DNA of 64,000 nt from Tricharina praecox (lineage: Eukaryota), in NCBI RefSeq assembly GCF_024521635.1, contig NW_026250433.1, positions 248,001 to 312,000 of the forward strand, given 5' to 3'. The translations under genes were made by a program, and so were the position numbers. The notes under the pieces are model-generated. The model ran no database searches. It had not been told where the DNA came from and was given only the letters and a program-made list of their open reading frames with translations. Shown here in pieces: positions 39,290 to 50,489 of the stretch. The first letter of the stretch is position 1; each line of letters starts with the position of its first letter.

Positions 39290-41513
39290 TGCTATGTATG
39301 ACAGTTGGCCAAAGCTTTGGGCTAGAGTCGGTGCCTATTCGATGATGTAGGTATTTGCACAACCTCAGTGACTTCACTGTGAACCAGAGGGGGCGGTTAT
39401 GTAGTAGTAGTTATTATATACGGTGGGCGATTATGACATAATGTGGTTGGATCAGTGGCGGAGGGATGAAATTTTGGCACAGCGTGGTCGACAAAATACC
39501 GGCATGCCGCATGCCATATCTATCGTACATAAAGCCTATTGCCGCTTCCGCAGCGGATATATAGAGCCGGGTCGACGTGCAGCGGCCATTGAGTTCTCGG
39601 TCCTCTGCATGGCTTACGTCCCTTTCCCTGCGGGCTGCAGTCAAAAGGGCAGCTGGTCGTTTTATCTCCGATGGGCAGCGCGAAGTGGAGCAGCTCTGCT
39701 TAAAGATCAATAACTACCCCTGTCATCCACAGGTATCCGAGCTGCTCGGGACATCGGCAGAAGCACGCTTGCCGTGATACATTCAGTCCCGGTCACCAAT
39801 GTTGCACGGATGACGCAGTTGACCTCCCGCAATGGTTAACAGATCCAGAGTGAGTATGCCTGATGCGAGCGGCGAGCTCACGATTGCGCTACCGCATACG
39901 GTGCTGGAATAGCTCCCAACGGAACATGGCGGGCGAAGACCGATGCCGGGGTCTGCCGCACTCTGGGTCAGCCATCAGTCCATCGCACGGACTCCGAACT
40001 CTCTCTCTAAGCATTAGGTACTACGACAGTAGGATACCTACCCGGACAACAGTTCAGGAATCTGCCGCTGAAGCCGTGCACTCGACGCAGATTGGGGAGT
40101 CAATTCGCCATTGTGTCTCGTGCTGGTGGGCTTGGGTCCACCCTGGAAGAAACTGCAGACAAACGCTCTGCAGCGGTCCAGGTGTCGACGGCGTCAAGGC
40201 GATATCGATGTCAGAGCCTTATTCTAATCAAGCACTCTCGAGGTATGAAGCCGCGAACACTGGGATGTGGTTCGCTGCCCAAAGTCCGCTGTGAGTTCGA
40301 AATCTGCGAAATTATCTACACCTTTTGGCCCCGAACGTCCTGATAGGTAGGGTGGATATCTGTACGGTGAGCACTCTTCCCTTACCTTGGGGAGAGTTGG
40401 GTGACCATTGTCGCAGTTACATCACGATTACCCACTGGGTCCTTCAAAGAATCTTGGCACTATCCACAAACCCCGACCAACCGGTCAGGATCCCGGACAA
40501 GATGGGTTCTTGTAGAGTACCCACAACAAAGTATGAGTCCCATTGAGGTCCCATTGAGGGTCTATAGCTTTCCGATCGATAGGCTAGGTATTCTATCCAA
40601 CCCCAGGACTTCCAGACGTTTGCTTGAATCGTTTGAAAAAAGAATGAAGGCTTCGAGTGATAATACATGACGTGTTGCACCATAATCCAATCGAGTTTAA
40701 TGCATACCGGCATTACCAGCATGCAGTTCGGCTCCGGACTTGATGGTCGTGTTCCCGAAACACCGCTCGCTCGAATATCACCGCTCGAAGGTCAGGGTGT
40801 TTCGATCTGATGGGTGGCAGGGTAGTTATCTGGGTCAACTGCCACACCCAGTATTTCTTCCCTTCTGGGGGCCGGGGGTGTCAGATGCCTCCTTTGAAAC
40901 ACCAGAGAAACCCATCTTACAACACTGCCCGAATCCCCAACGCATCAGCTGTGAGAATAGCACCAGCGCATCAACCAATAGCGGTTGCGTCTCCAGGCCC
41001 GGTTCCGCGCCACAGACAATCGATATCAAGTACGTTGGCCACCGTTGATACTCGCCGGTGACTTCTGTACACCGTACCTATTCCTCTCCACACGTTTGCC
41101 GACTTGGAATTATGGTAATCCACTTACCGGTACAGATCTGAGGTGCAATTCACCATGTGTACAACGGCTTTGGGATAGTTAATGGCTTTTTCTTTCTTCG
41201 AGGTTTTCCCCCCTAAGACCAGCACCCAATTCCAGGAGCTTCCCCTCCCCAAAAGACCCGGGCGATTTTGGGCGATTTTGGGTGGTGATGACAATTGAGA
41301 TGTTGATATGGGATGAGATGCGCCGGCGTATGTCTCTGCTTCTACTACTACAAAGCGTTGGTTTAAGGTGGAAGCCAGTTGCCGCGTATGCCCTAGGATA
41401 GCTGTTGTACACGTACTTACTAACAAATAACAAAAAATACCTGATGCCCCTCGTGACGAAACGAACTTCTGCTAAAATACTTGGTCCGCCCATCACTCGC
41501 CTGCTCTGCTTGC

Positions 41514-42319
41514 TCAAACCGCCGCCGCCGCTGCAGGCACTGCAACACCCTCTGCTGCGCCAGGAGTGACCTCTGGGGTCGCCGCAGTGGCTGGGTCTTC
41601 CTCCGTGGTTCCGCTGAACGCAGCTTGGCGACCACGCTTCAACTGCAACAGCGCAATAGCCTTCTCCTTCCACTGCTCCAGCGCTCTCTGCTCCAGTTCG
41701 ATACCAATATCCATATATGACTTGCCGAACTTGGCACCGACGGACAAGGCCTCCTCAGCTGTAACACGACGCTCGATATCCTCCCGCATTCGGAGATCGT
41801 AGAATTCTTTTCGCGCGATATCGTAGGCTTCGACCTTGGTCCGGCCCTGGTTCTCCATCAACCACATCTGGCGCTGAACGACACTGCGGGAATGCGTCAG
41901 CCAATGTTTGCCCAGTTCGAATACGCCGGCAACGAGCGTCGGGCTACCAACCTCTCTCCGTCCAGCATCTTCCCAGGCTGTCTCATCTTGCTCCAGTCGT
42001 ATCTCATAAAGTCCTTTCCGTCGTTCTCCACCAAGATTCTGGGCCTGGCCAGTTCCCACGGGTGGTCCTGGAAGAATCGGCTACGCAATTCGTCCTCGGG
42101 GTAAACAATGCGGTGGGGCTGGAACATCCGAGACGGCTTGCGGGCAGACTTTCGGATCTTCTTGTCCTGGAGCTGAACCGGTGGGGTTCGGACGAGGGTA
42201 GTCGTGGGTGGAATCGCTCCAACAACACGGTACCACGGAGGTTCTTGCTGTAATCGGCCAGTTTCGAGCATCTGCGAGGCAAGCTGGTGTACCCGGAGGG
42301 GTCGGAGGTGCCGTCCCAT
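41514..42319 (-). CDS. RSM25: Mitochondrial ribosomal small-subunit protein mS23 (Rsm25)
   Basis: [53 protein letters not shown]. Confidence 0.92.
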
Positions 42320-42998
42320 GGCGAAGGCGACGTTGGCTTACGACACTTTCGGTGGAGGAGCTGAGGACGAAGGTCGGGACAGTTGTGACTCCGCGGTCGA
42401 ATGGACGGGGTTGACAGTATACAGTAGTGTCGGCGGCGGCGGTGGGATGTTGTCCAATCACGGTATACCTTAAAGTTTTACTTCAAAATGTCAGCCAAGA
42501 AACTTAGTGGGACACCCCGCATTTACCCGGATCAATGTCATTAGGTCTCGTAAATCGTTGCCAATTCTAAAGTTTCTTGTTCCCGTCAAAATAAACCACC
42601 AGTAAATACATCTGCTTTTATCGAGTACATCTTCCTGCTAATCGCTGCCGAATTTCCACTTCTAGGCCGTCAATCTGCGAGGATTCGAGAAAGACTCCCG
42701 AGTTGTGCTAAGAGCCGGGTAATTGTAGAGTGACGGATAGTGGAGGGGGAAGTTATCCAAATTTCAACATTAGACATCCAGACCTAGTATTTACGCAACG
42801 TCAATCAGCGGTCGGAATCAGCAATCCCTCTATCTCCTTTGTTCTTCCTCGGTTTCGCACGGTAGGACCACACCGTGTTACTCAGGATTGGGCTTCAACC
42901 CGTCCGAGATCAGTCTTTATTCTACGGCACGGAGCCTCTCCCCACCTTTACCACTCTCCCCCGGCTGCTTCAACGATGCGAGCGGTATCCTTCGCCAC

Positions 42999-44972
42999 AT
43001 GTTACCGCGCCATATAGCAGAAGCCACGACGGCAGTCCGAGTATCTGGCCGTCGAATTTGCACCTCAAATGGACGCCGTCCTTCACGCCACCACTGCGCC
43101 CAACTCCATAACGCCGCCGCCACCACTACGACCGTCAATTGTTGCCCCTCATCTCCGTGGGGTCCGGCCCGACGCCCCACCACCGGAAAGAGCTCCCAGC
43201 GGTTTCCTGTCGACGTACTCTTCGTCAAGGCCTTGGTTAAGGCTAGCCTTTGCAGGGTCCACTCGGTTTCTTACCATGTCTGTGCTCGCCCTTCGCTTTC
43301 GAAACCTTCGTTTTCGAGGAAGCCATCTACAGCACGGCGTGACCTCTCCGATGATGCAACATCGCCACCACCACAGACCGGGACCTTTCGGGTCGTTCCC
43401 CAAGTTTTCAGGCCTCAGTTAAGGGCCATTGTGGATCCCATAGACCGTGGACCAATTGCTACCTCCAAAACCTCCCACCGTCAGCCGAAAGATTCAAGGC
43501 CCATACGTCCTCGCATCGAACGGATCCCAAAGGAAGACCAGGAAAAATACAAGATGCCCTGGCTCTTCCCCAGTTCGTGGGAGGAACGCGATGCCATCTC
43601 GGCGTTCCGGGCCGAAATACGAAACAAGGAGTCTACGAATGAGTCTCTCTTTGAGCTCTACCGCAACCTACCAGGCAGTCGGCTGCCGTACCTGGACCGA
43701 ATCACGATGGAAAGGTTTATCGTCCGGTTGATGACGGTTCCTCTTCGAGACCAGGTCGCAATGCTCCGATACTTGACCTTAATAGAGGACATGAAGGCAT
43801 CCAAGATCCCCATCACACGACATGAATGGAATCAGGCAATGTCGTTCGTCCTCAAAGCTTTCAAACAGACTACCGCCGCCGAAATGCGGGCCGCCTACGA
43901 GTTGTGGGCTCAATCGGAAGGAGATCACGGCGTCAATGCGGACTTGACGACCTTCAACATCCTGCTGGATGGTGCCTCGAACTCCAAATCTCCCGCCCTC
44001 GCTCAATCGATCCTCAAAGAGATGCGCACACGGAACATGAAGTACGATCGCTTCACATACACCGCCCTCATGATGTACCACGCACATATCGGCGACGGTG
44101 CCAAGATCCGCCAGGTATACCAGGGCCTGGTGGATGCGGGAGAGATCGTGGATACGGTGGTACTCAACACTCTCATGACAGCTCTCGTCATAGTAGGCGA
44201 AGAAGATGACGCCTTGCGGATTTTCGCGTTTATGAAGAGGGCTGGAGCTATTGCGGAGAAGAGCCCGACGCCAGAGATGGTCGAATACAGGGCGTGCCGT
44301 TCCTTCGCGCAGAAGCTGAAACGACCTGGAGCTCGAAATTCAAAGCGATATATGGAGGAACTCAAGGTCGTTCTCGGACCAGATATAGGATCTTTCCACC
44401 TCTTTGTGCATCTGAACTGTCGCAAGGCGAATTGGGACCGCGCTCAGGATTTTATCCGCGACATGAAGACGTTCGGGCTCGTTCTTCCGGACAGCGTCTA
44501 TCTGTCATTGCTGAAGGGCTTCGCCTGGTGGGGAAGTCCCGACCCGTACGGCCAGTGGAACCCGGCGAGACTGGAGAACGTGCTCAACGTGGTGCTGGAC
44601 GAGCAGGCTGGCTTGATCAAGTGGCAGAGGGTGTACGCGGTGTGGGTTGTGCGTGCGGTAGCGAAAGTGTACGTGAATGGCGAGGTGCTGGAGAGGGTTT
44701 GGCAGGAGGTGATGCAGCAGTGGAAACGGCAAGGCGGTACGGTGCATGAATTTGCTCTCGGCGTGTACTTCGCTGCCCTGCGCGACGTCCATGAAGCGCA
44801 GAATCAGCATTTGACTGCGGAACAACAGATGCCGCCACTAGGGCGCGATATGTATTCGGAGCAGTTGTCGGGGTTTCAGGAGCAGTTCTCGCAACAGACT
44901 GAGGAGGACTCACAACAAGCGCCGCAGTACCAGCAGCAGGAGCAGGAGCGACATCCCTTTGATGATTTGTAG
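42999..44972 (+). CDS. Pentatricopeptide repeat protein, probably mitochondrial
   Basis: PPR motifs ADLTTFNILLDGA, DRFTYTALM, DTVVLNTLMTAL; single exon; Arg-rich N-terminus. Confidence 0.88.
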   Translation: MLPRHIAEATTAVRVSGRRICTSNGRRPSRHHCAQLHNAAATTTTVNCCPSSPWGPARRPTTGKSSQRFPVDVLFVKALVKASLCRVHSVSYHVCARPSLSKPSFSRKPSTARRDLSDDATSPPPQTGTFRVVPQVFRPQLRAIVDPIDRGPIATSKTSHRQPKDSRPIRPRIERIPKEDQEKYKMPWLFPSSWEERDAISAFRAEIRNKESTNESLFELYRNLPGSRLPYLDRITMERFIVRLMTVPLRDQVAMLRYLTLIEDMKASKIPITRHEWNQAMSFVLKAFKQTTAAEMRAAYELWAQSEGDHGVNADLTTFNILLDGASNSKSPALAQSILKEMRTRNMKYDRFTYTALMMYHAHIGDGAKIRQVYQGLVDAGEIVDTVVLNTLMTALVIVGEEDDALRIFAFMKRAGAIAEKSPTPEMVEYRACRSFAQKLKRPGARNSKRYMEELKVVLGPDIGSFHLFVHLNCRKANWDRAQDFIRDMKTFGLVLPDSVYLSLLKGFAWWGSPDPYGQWNPARLENVLNVVLDEQAGLIKWQRVYAVWVVRAVAKVYVNGEVLERVWQEVMQQWKRQGGTVHEFALGVYFAALRDVHEAQNQHLTAEQQMPPLGRDMYSEQLSGFQEQFSQQTEEDSQQAPQYQQQEQERHPFDDL

Positions 44973-45599
44973 ATGCATGTATATTCTACGGTTTTGCGGG
45001 GTTTGGTCGTTGGTAATCGGTGTACATATATCAGGGAATGTTTGGTTGTTCATCATTGCATATAATATGTATGAGTGCGTGTACTCTGGAGTTGATATAA
45101 GCATGAATTGTTCACCCATTGATCTGCCGTTTCTCCTGTGCAGAAGTCGGAAGCCCGAAGTTGCCACTATAGAGTACCCAACCTTGTCTATATAGTACCG
45201 TAGTTGTGTCCCGACCTGCCGTGTACCCATCTCAAGCACCTACCGTGTACTCCACGCACGTCTAGCTCAAGCTGATCCCCCACCACCATGGACCGTGTGG
45301 AGTACCGGTACATACCAATTCCAGCCAGCAGGCCCAATGCCCACGCGGCGCGCGCGCGCGGCATCAAGTATGCCGAGGCAAGTCGGCTCGGCTATGAAGG
45401 GGCAGGAGAGGAGCAGATGACCTCCTTCCATTGCTCTTTCTTCTTCTTCCTTTCCGTCCGCACAATTGTTATTCCACATCATCACCATCTTCTCTCTTGA
45501 TCCTCCACGCACTCACTCAATCAGTCGCACCACATTGGTTGACTCCTTGCCTCCTCGCTACCTACCTCTGTGTCAATATACATACGGGAAATATACACA

Positions 45600-47671
45600 A
45601 TGCCTGCCCACTCACAATACCCGCCCATACCGGTGCCGAAGGAGGATCTGTACAGATTTATATTCGATCGCAAGGACCGGCCGTTTCCTGACAGTCAGGG
45701 TATGTATATATTTTTTTCGCCGGAGTTGAAATTAATTGCACTCCGTCTTCCCACGCCCTCGCGGAACCTTGTGGCTAACAACGGGTGGGCACACAGTCAT
45801 ATTTGTCGATGGCAACACCAATCGCGAAATGACCTTTGCGGACCTCCGCGACCAGTCCAAGGCGTTCGGAATCGGACTGAAGTCTATATGGGAGTGGAAG
45901 AAGGGCGACGTTTTGGCCGTGTTCAGGTGTGTAGTGTATTCTGTGGCGGCGACGGCAGCGAGAGGGCGAGGGCGAGCGAGGGCGAAGGAGAGCTGAGTAG
46001 CTGATGACCATCTCCAGCACGAACCAAATCGACACACCCCCCCTGATGCTCGGAGCGCTGTGGGCTTCCGGCACCGTGACCCCCGCGAACCCAAACTACA
46101 CAGTGGACGAGCTCACGTTTCAGCTGAAGGATTCGCGCGCGAAGGCGATCGCGACGCTGCCAGAGCTCCTGCCCATCGTGACCAAGGCGGCGGCAAACGT
46201 CGGCATTCCCACGGACCGCATATTGATCCTGGGAGACCAGCGGGCAGCCGGGTTCAAGCACTGGAGGGAGATAATCGATCCGTCCACTGCGGTCAAATGG
46301 CGTCAGGGAAAGATCGATGCGAACAAGGATCTGGCGTTCTTGGTTTATTCGAGCGGAACGACGGGGCATCCCAAGGGTGTTATGCTGTGTCATCGCAATA
46401 TCGGGAGCAATGTTTTGCAGTTGTTGGCTGGAGAGGGGCCGAATTTGACCTGGGAGAAGGATACTATCATCGCTTTCTTGCCGTTTTTCCATATCTATGG
46501 TCTCACATGTGAGTGTTGATTTGCTTCCCGTTTGGGCGTTGTCCAGATCGAGTTTGTGGGGCCCCACCAAAGAGGAGTGCATTGCCGCTAGATCCCGCTA
46601 GTGGGATTTAGCGAGATCCCGGCCTATGGGGGTTGATGATGATGATGATGATGATGATGAGCTCAGACTGACATATGCGTCGTTAACTCGCAGGTCTTAT
46701 TCTCCAGAACTGCTATTCGGGGAAGAAAACAGTTGTGATGGACCGGTTCGATTTGGATAAATTCTGCAGTCTCATCCAACAGCACAAAATCACCATGGGA
46801 TACATCGTCCCGCCGGTGGTGTTGGCCCTTGCCAAGTCGCCGGTGGCTACCAAATACGACCTCACCAGTCTGCGGATGCTCAACAGTGGAGCTGCGCCAT
46901 TGACGAGAGAACTGGTGGACGCTGTCTGGGATAGGCTGAAGGTGCCGGTCAAGCAGGGTATGGTCATCGCTGCTCTCTCCAGAGGTTTGGAAATTGACAA
47001 TTACAGGATACGGTCTGTCCGAGACATCGCCCGTTACCCACACCCAGCAATGGCATCTGTGGCAGTCAACGATCGGCAGTGTAGGCCACATGCTCCCGAA
47101 CATGTCCTGCAAGTACTGCGACGAAGAAGGCAACGAGCTCCCCATCGGCGAGACCGGCGAACTGTGGCTGAAGGGCCCCAACGTGATGCTGGGCTACCTC
47201 AACAATCCTACCGCCACAGCTAACGCCATCACACCCGATGGCTACTTCAAGACCGGTGACGTCGGCCACGAAGACAAACACGGCAACGTCTTCATCACCG
47301 ACCGCGTCAAGGAACTGATCAAATACAAGGGTTTCCAAGTCCCGCCCGCCGAGTTGGAGGGCAAGCTTATGGGCCACGAGAAAGTCGACGACGTAGCCGT
47401 AATCGGTGTTTACGACGAGGCCTTGGCCTCGGAAGTCCCGCGCGCCTACATTGTTCCTAAAGCCGGAACTAACAGCGACGAAAAGGCGCTGGCCGAGGAG
47501 ATCTCGCAGTACCTTTCTGAGCGCGTAGCACACCACAAGAGGCTGCGCGGTGGAATCCGATTTGTAGAGGCGATTCCGAAATCGGTCTCTGGTAAGATCC
47601 TGCGGAGGATCCTGAAGGAGCATGCGAAAGCCGAGGCGGCGACGGGGACTCCAATTAAGGCGAAGCTGTAG
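45600..47671 (+). CDS. 4-coumarate-CoA-ligase-like acyl-CoA synthetase, peroxisomal (PTS1 -AKL)
   Basis: AMP-binding YSSGTTGHPKG, LPFFHIYG, QGYGLSE, GELWLKGPN, FKTGD, DRVKELIKYKG; C-terminal AKL. Confidence 0.93.
46634..46660. repeat. (TGA)9 microsatellite in an intron
   Basis: Directly visible. Confidence 0.95.
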
Positions 47672-48532
47672 ACTTGTGATGTGCTACATACCAGTTGTGT
47701 GTGGAGTTGGGCATAGGTGGAGATCGATACCAGTCTGCGTTTGGATTTTTTGTCCGCGTTTCGCCAGCTCGCCAGCCCGCCCGTTATATGCAGTAACAAT
47801 AGAAGTACATACCTTATATTTACACATCATACCTGCCCGAAGAAATATGAAGAAATCGTGCTCGCTGTCTTCTTTCTTCGATCGTTGGCCTTACTTCGTA
47901 CAGAGTCATGATACCGGTAGTTGACAGTAATTCCGAGGGGTCAATACTGGCCAACCATTGTTTGTTCGGTCCGACAAAGAAAGAGAAAGTATGCGCACGA
48001 GTACATACGAAAGTGAAACATCGCAAAAACGGTCGGACATGCAGGCACACCCGGCTGCCGGCCGAATACCGTACGAGGCCAGTCCAGACTTTCCACAACC
48101 GTCCTCCGCATCACCCCACGGTCCCCATCAGCCACAATTCACCACCCATAGCACAAAATCGAATCCATGATATACTCCATGATTTCCCAACAGCATTCAT
48201 GCATGCATCCGAGGTGTCTGTCCGGTTTGTCGAGTAGGCATTGCGGAATCGCCAGCCGAAAGCTTGCTTGGCTGGCTGGCCCAGCTAGGCGAGACATACC
48301 GGTATTTATGTACCAGACCAGACATGACATGACGACAGTGGATGGCCGGCTATCTGTCCAACAACAACCAACTCCACCACCACCACCGTCGCCACCACAA
48401 CAGCATACCATCGTGTGTTTCACCTCCAACCACAGCCTCAAACGAACAAAGAAACGAACTGAGAAACCCCTTCACCGTCTCGATACACTGTGCAGTACTT
48501 AAGGACCCCCCTACCACCCGCGCCACGAAGAG

Positions 48533-49682
48533 ATGCATATCCTTGAGCGAGTACGAGATAAGATCGACAGATTCACTATGAGTGACTATGAAAATGTATG
48601 TGACTGGAACTCTAGGAGGAAGAGCTTGAATTCGAGGGACGGTGACTGATGGTGCTATTGAGTAGGAAGAAGAGTCAGACATATACCTTAACTGTGCGTT
48701 CACATACCATAAAACCTAGCCACCACGATCTCCATGCAGTACGCTGACGGATGTTCTACAGACCACGGGGCTCAGCGTTTGTTATTCCTTACCGGAACGA
48801 GAGATGGTACACGGCTAAGAGGGGTGCAGTTACCTGGGACGACTACGGGGTTTTACAGAATCCTGACGAATGGTTGATGGACCAGGTCTGGCGCGCACGC
48901 ATCCATGATTCGTTCGTAGGGACTCTTCTTATGCTGAAATTTTCTCTTTGAATAGCATATCTTCTTCTGGCAAAAGTAACATCGTCTCTCATCTCTCTCT
49001 CTCTTCTGTGTGCTTTGGCCTGGTGGGAGTCTGATAGATTGATGCAGATATCTCATCCACGAGGAATTGGCGAAACATCCATCGTCTAGGGTGATCTTCG
49101 TACCTCCGGCCATCTCCGTTATGATCAACGAACATTTCTCGCCCACCGAGATTCCCTACATCAACGAGGCCAGTCACATATTCCTACCCATCAATGACGG
49201 CAGCGGTGCACATCAAGACGGCGGCAGCCACTGGTCACTGTTAGTCATCAGCACCCATGACCGCCGGGCCTTCCACTACGACTCTAGTGGATCGATGCTG
49301 GCGCATCATGCGAGGCGGTTGTGCAGAGTAATCAGCGGCTGGTTCGGATATGACATAACTTTTCGCGATCTGCCGGAGACCCCGCAGCAAACGGATGGCA
49401 GTGCTTGCGGAGTGTTTATTTGTTGGGCCATGAAACATCTCCTCGTCAGGAGGCTGCTTGCGGTGGAGAGTGATCATGTCGTTGATATGAGTCTTGGGGC
49501 GAAGAATGTGAATCTGAAGGAGGTAAGAATGGAAATGCGAGAGTTGGTTTTCAACCTCAGGAGGAATGCTTGTAGAAGGTTGGTCCATCCGCTCCCGGTC
49601 TCTACGTACTTGGGGGAGCACCGTGCTGATATCTCTTCACTGCAGCATCCAAACTGAAAAGAGGCCTCCGACCAGATCGTAA
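48533..49682 (+). CDS. DEN1: NEDD8-specific protease DEN1/NEDP1/SENP8 (Ulp1/C48 family)
   Basis: Spliced DIYLNYHGAQLTWDDY..EWLMDQHIFFWQKYL; IFLPIND, GGSHWSLL, HYDS, QQTDGSACG (His-Asp-Cys triad); 7 exons. Start codon less certain. Confidence 0.88.
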
Positions 49683-50085
49683 AGCTAGAAGGAGGGCCGG
49701 TTTTGCTGAACTTGTGAATTATTCTCTACGCTTTCTGTTGGGCTAGAGCGATGCAGCGTGGAGACTTTGATAGGATCGTTATTTCTGTAAGGATTTCAGT
49801 CGCCTTCAGTTGGAGGAGAACTATCAGTCGTCCGTCGAAAGCAAAGGCTTTTCCCCCCATCCTGAAAGTGAGTGACAATAAGTGGTCCTCAACCCGGCAA
49901 GTGCACGGACCTAACTAGCCACCGAGAGCCGCACCTTAATTCCAACGCGTCTCCAGCCCAGTTCCAAGCTCGCCACATCCAAACCATCCTCCTCACCACA
50001 CCTCCACCGAAATACTCGACCCACTCCACCCCACGCTTGACACCTCCCTATCCAACCACCAATACCCTCACCCATTGCATCCACC

Positions 50086-50489
50086 ATGGCTACCGACGCC
50101 GGCATCACGCGTTCCCGCCCTCGCAACCGGCGCCAAAACCTCTTCGTCAAAGAGCGTACGCACCTCCCACCCTCACCCGCCCCCCCTCCCCTTAGCTAAC
50201 CCTCCCAGTGCGCACCCTAATGTACGCCTTCGGCGATGACCCGGACCCACTGCCGGAGTCGGTGCAAGTGCTTGACGAGATTGTGACGGAGTACATCGTC
50301 GACATGTGCCACGACGCGGCGCGCCTCGCGGCGCAGGCCCGAAGGAACAAGATCAAGGTCGACGACTTCAAGTATGCGCTTAGAAATGACCCCAAGAAGC
50401 TAGGCAGGGTCGAGGAGCTCCTCGTCATGTCGAAGGTCATTGCAGATGCTAGGAAGCAGTTCGATGATAAGCCGGAGGGGGAGAAGTAG
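50086..50489 (+). CDS. TAF13: TFIID subunit 13 (histone fold)
   Basis: LMYAFGDD, VLDEIVTEYIVDMCH, IKVDDFKYALRNDPKKLGRVEELL; one intron. Confidence 0.95.

Noticed and set aside
37329..47671. Secondary-metabolite cluster (DHA1 transporter plus acyl-CoA ligase)
   Set aside because: No PKS, NRPS or terpene backbone gene and no tailoring enzymes; intervening genes are mitochondrial housekeeping genes.
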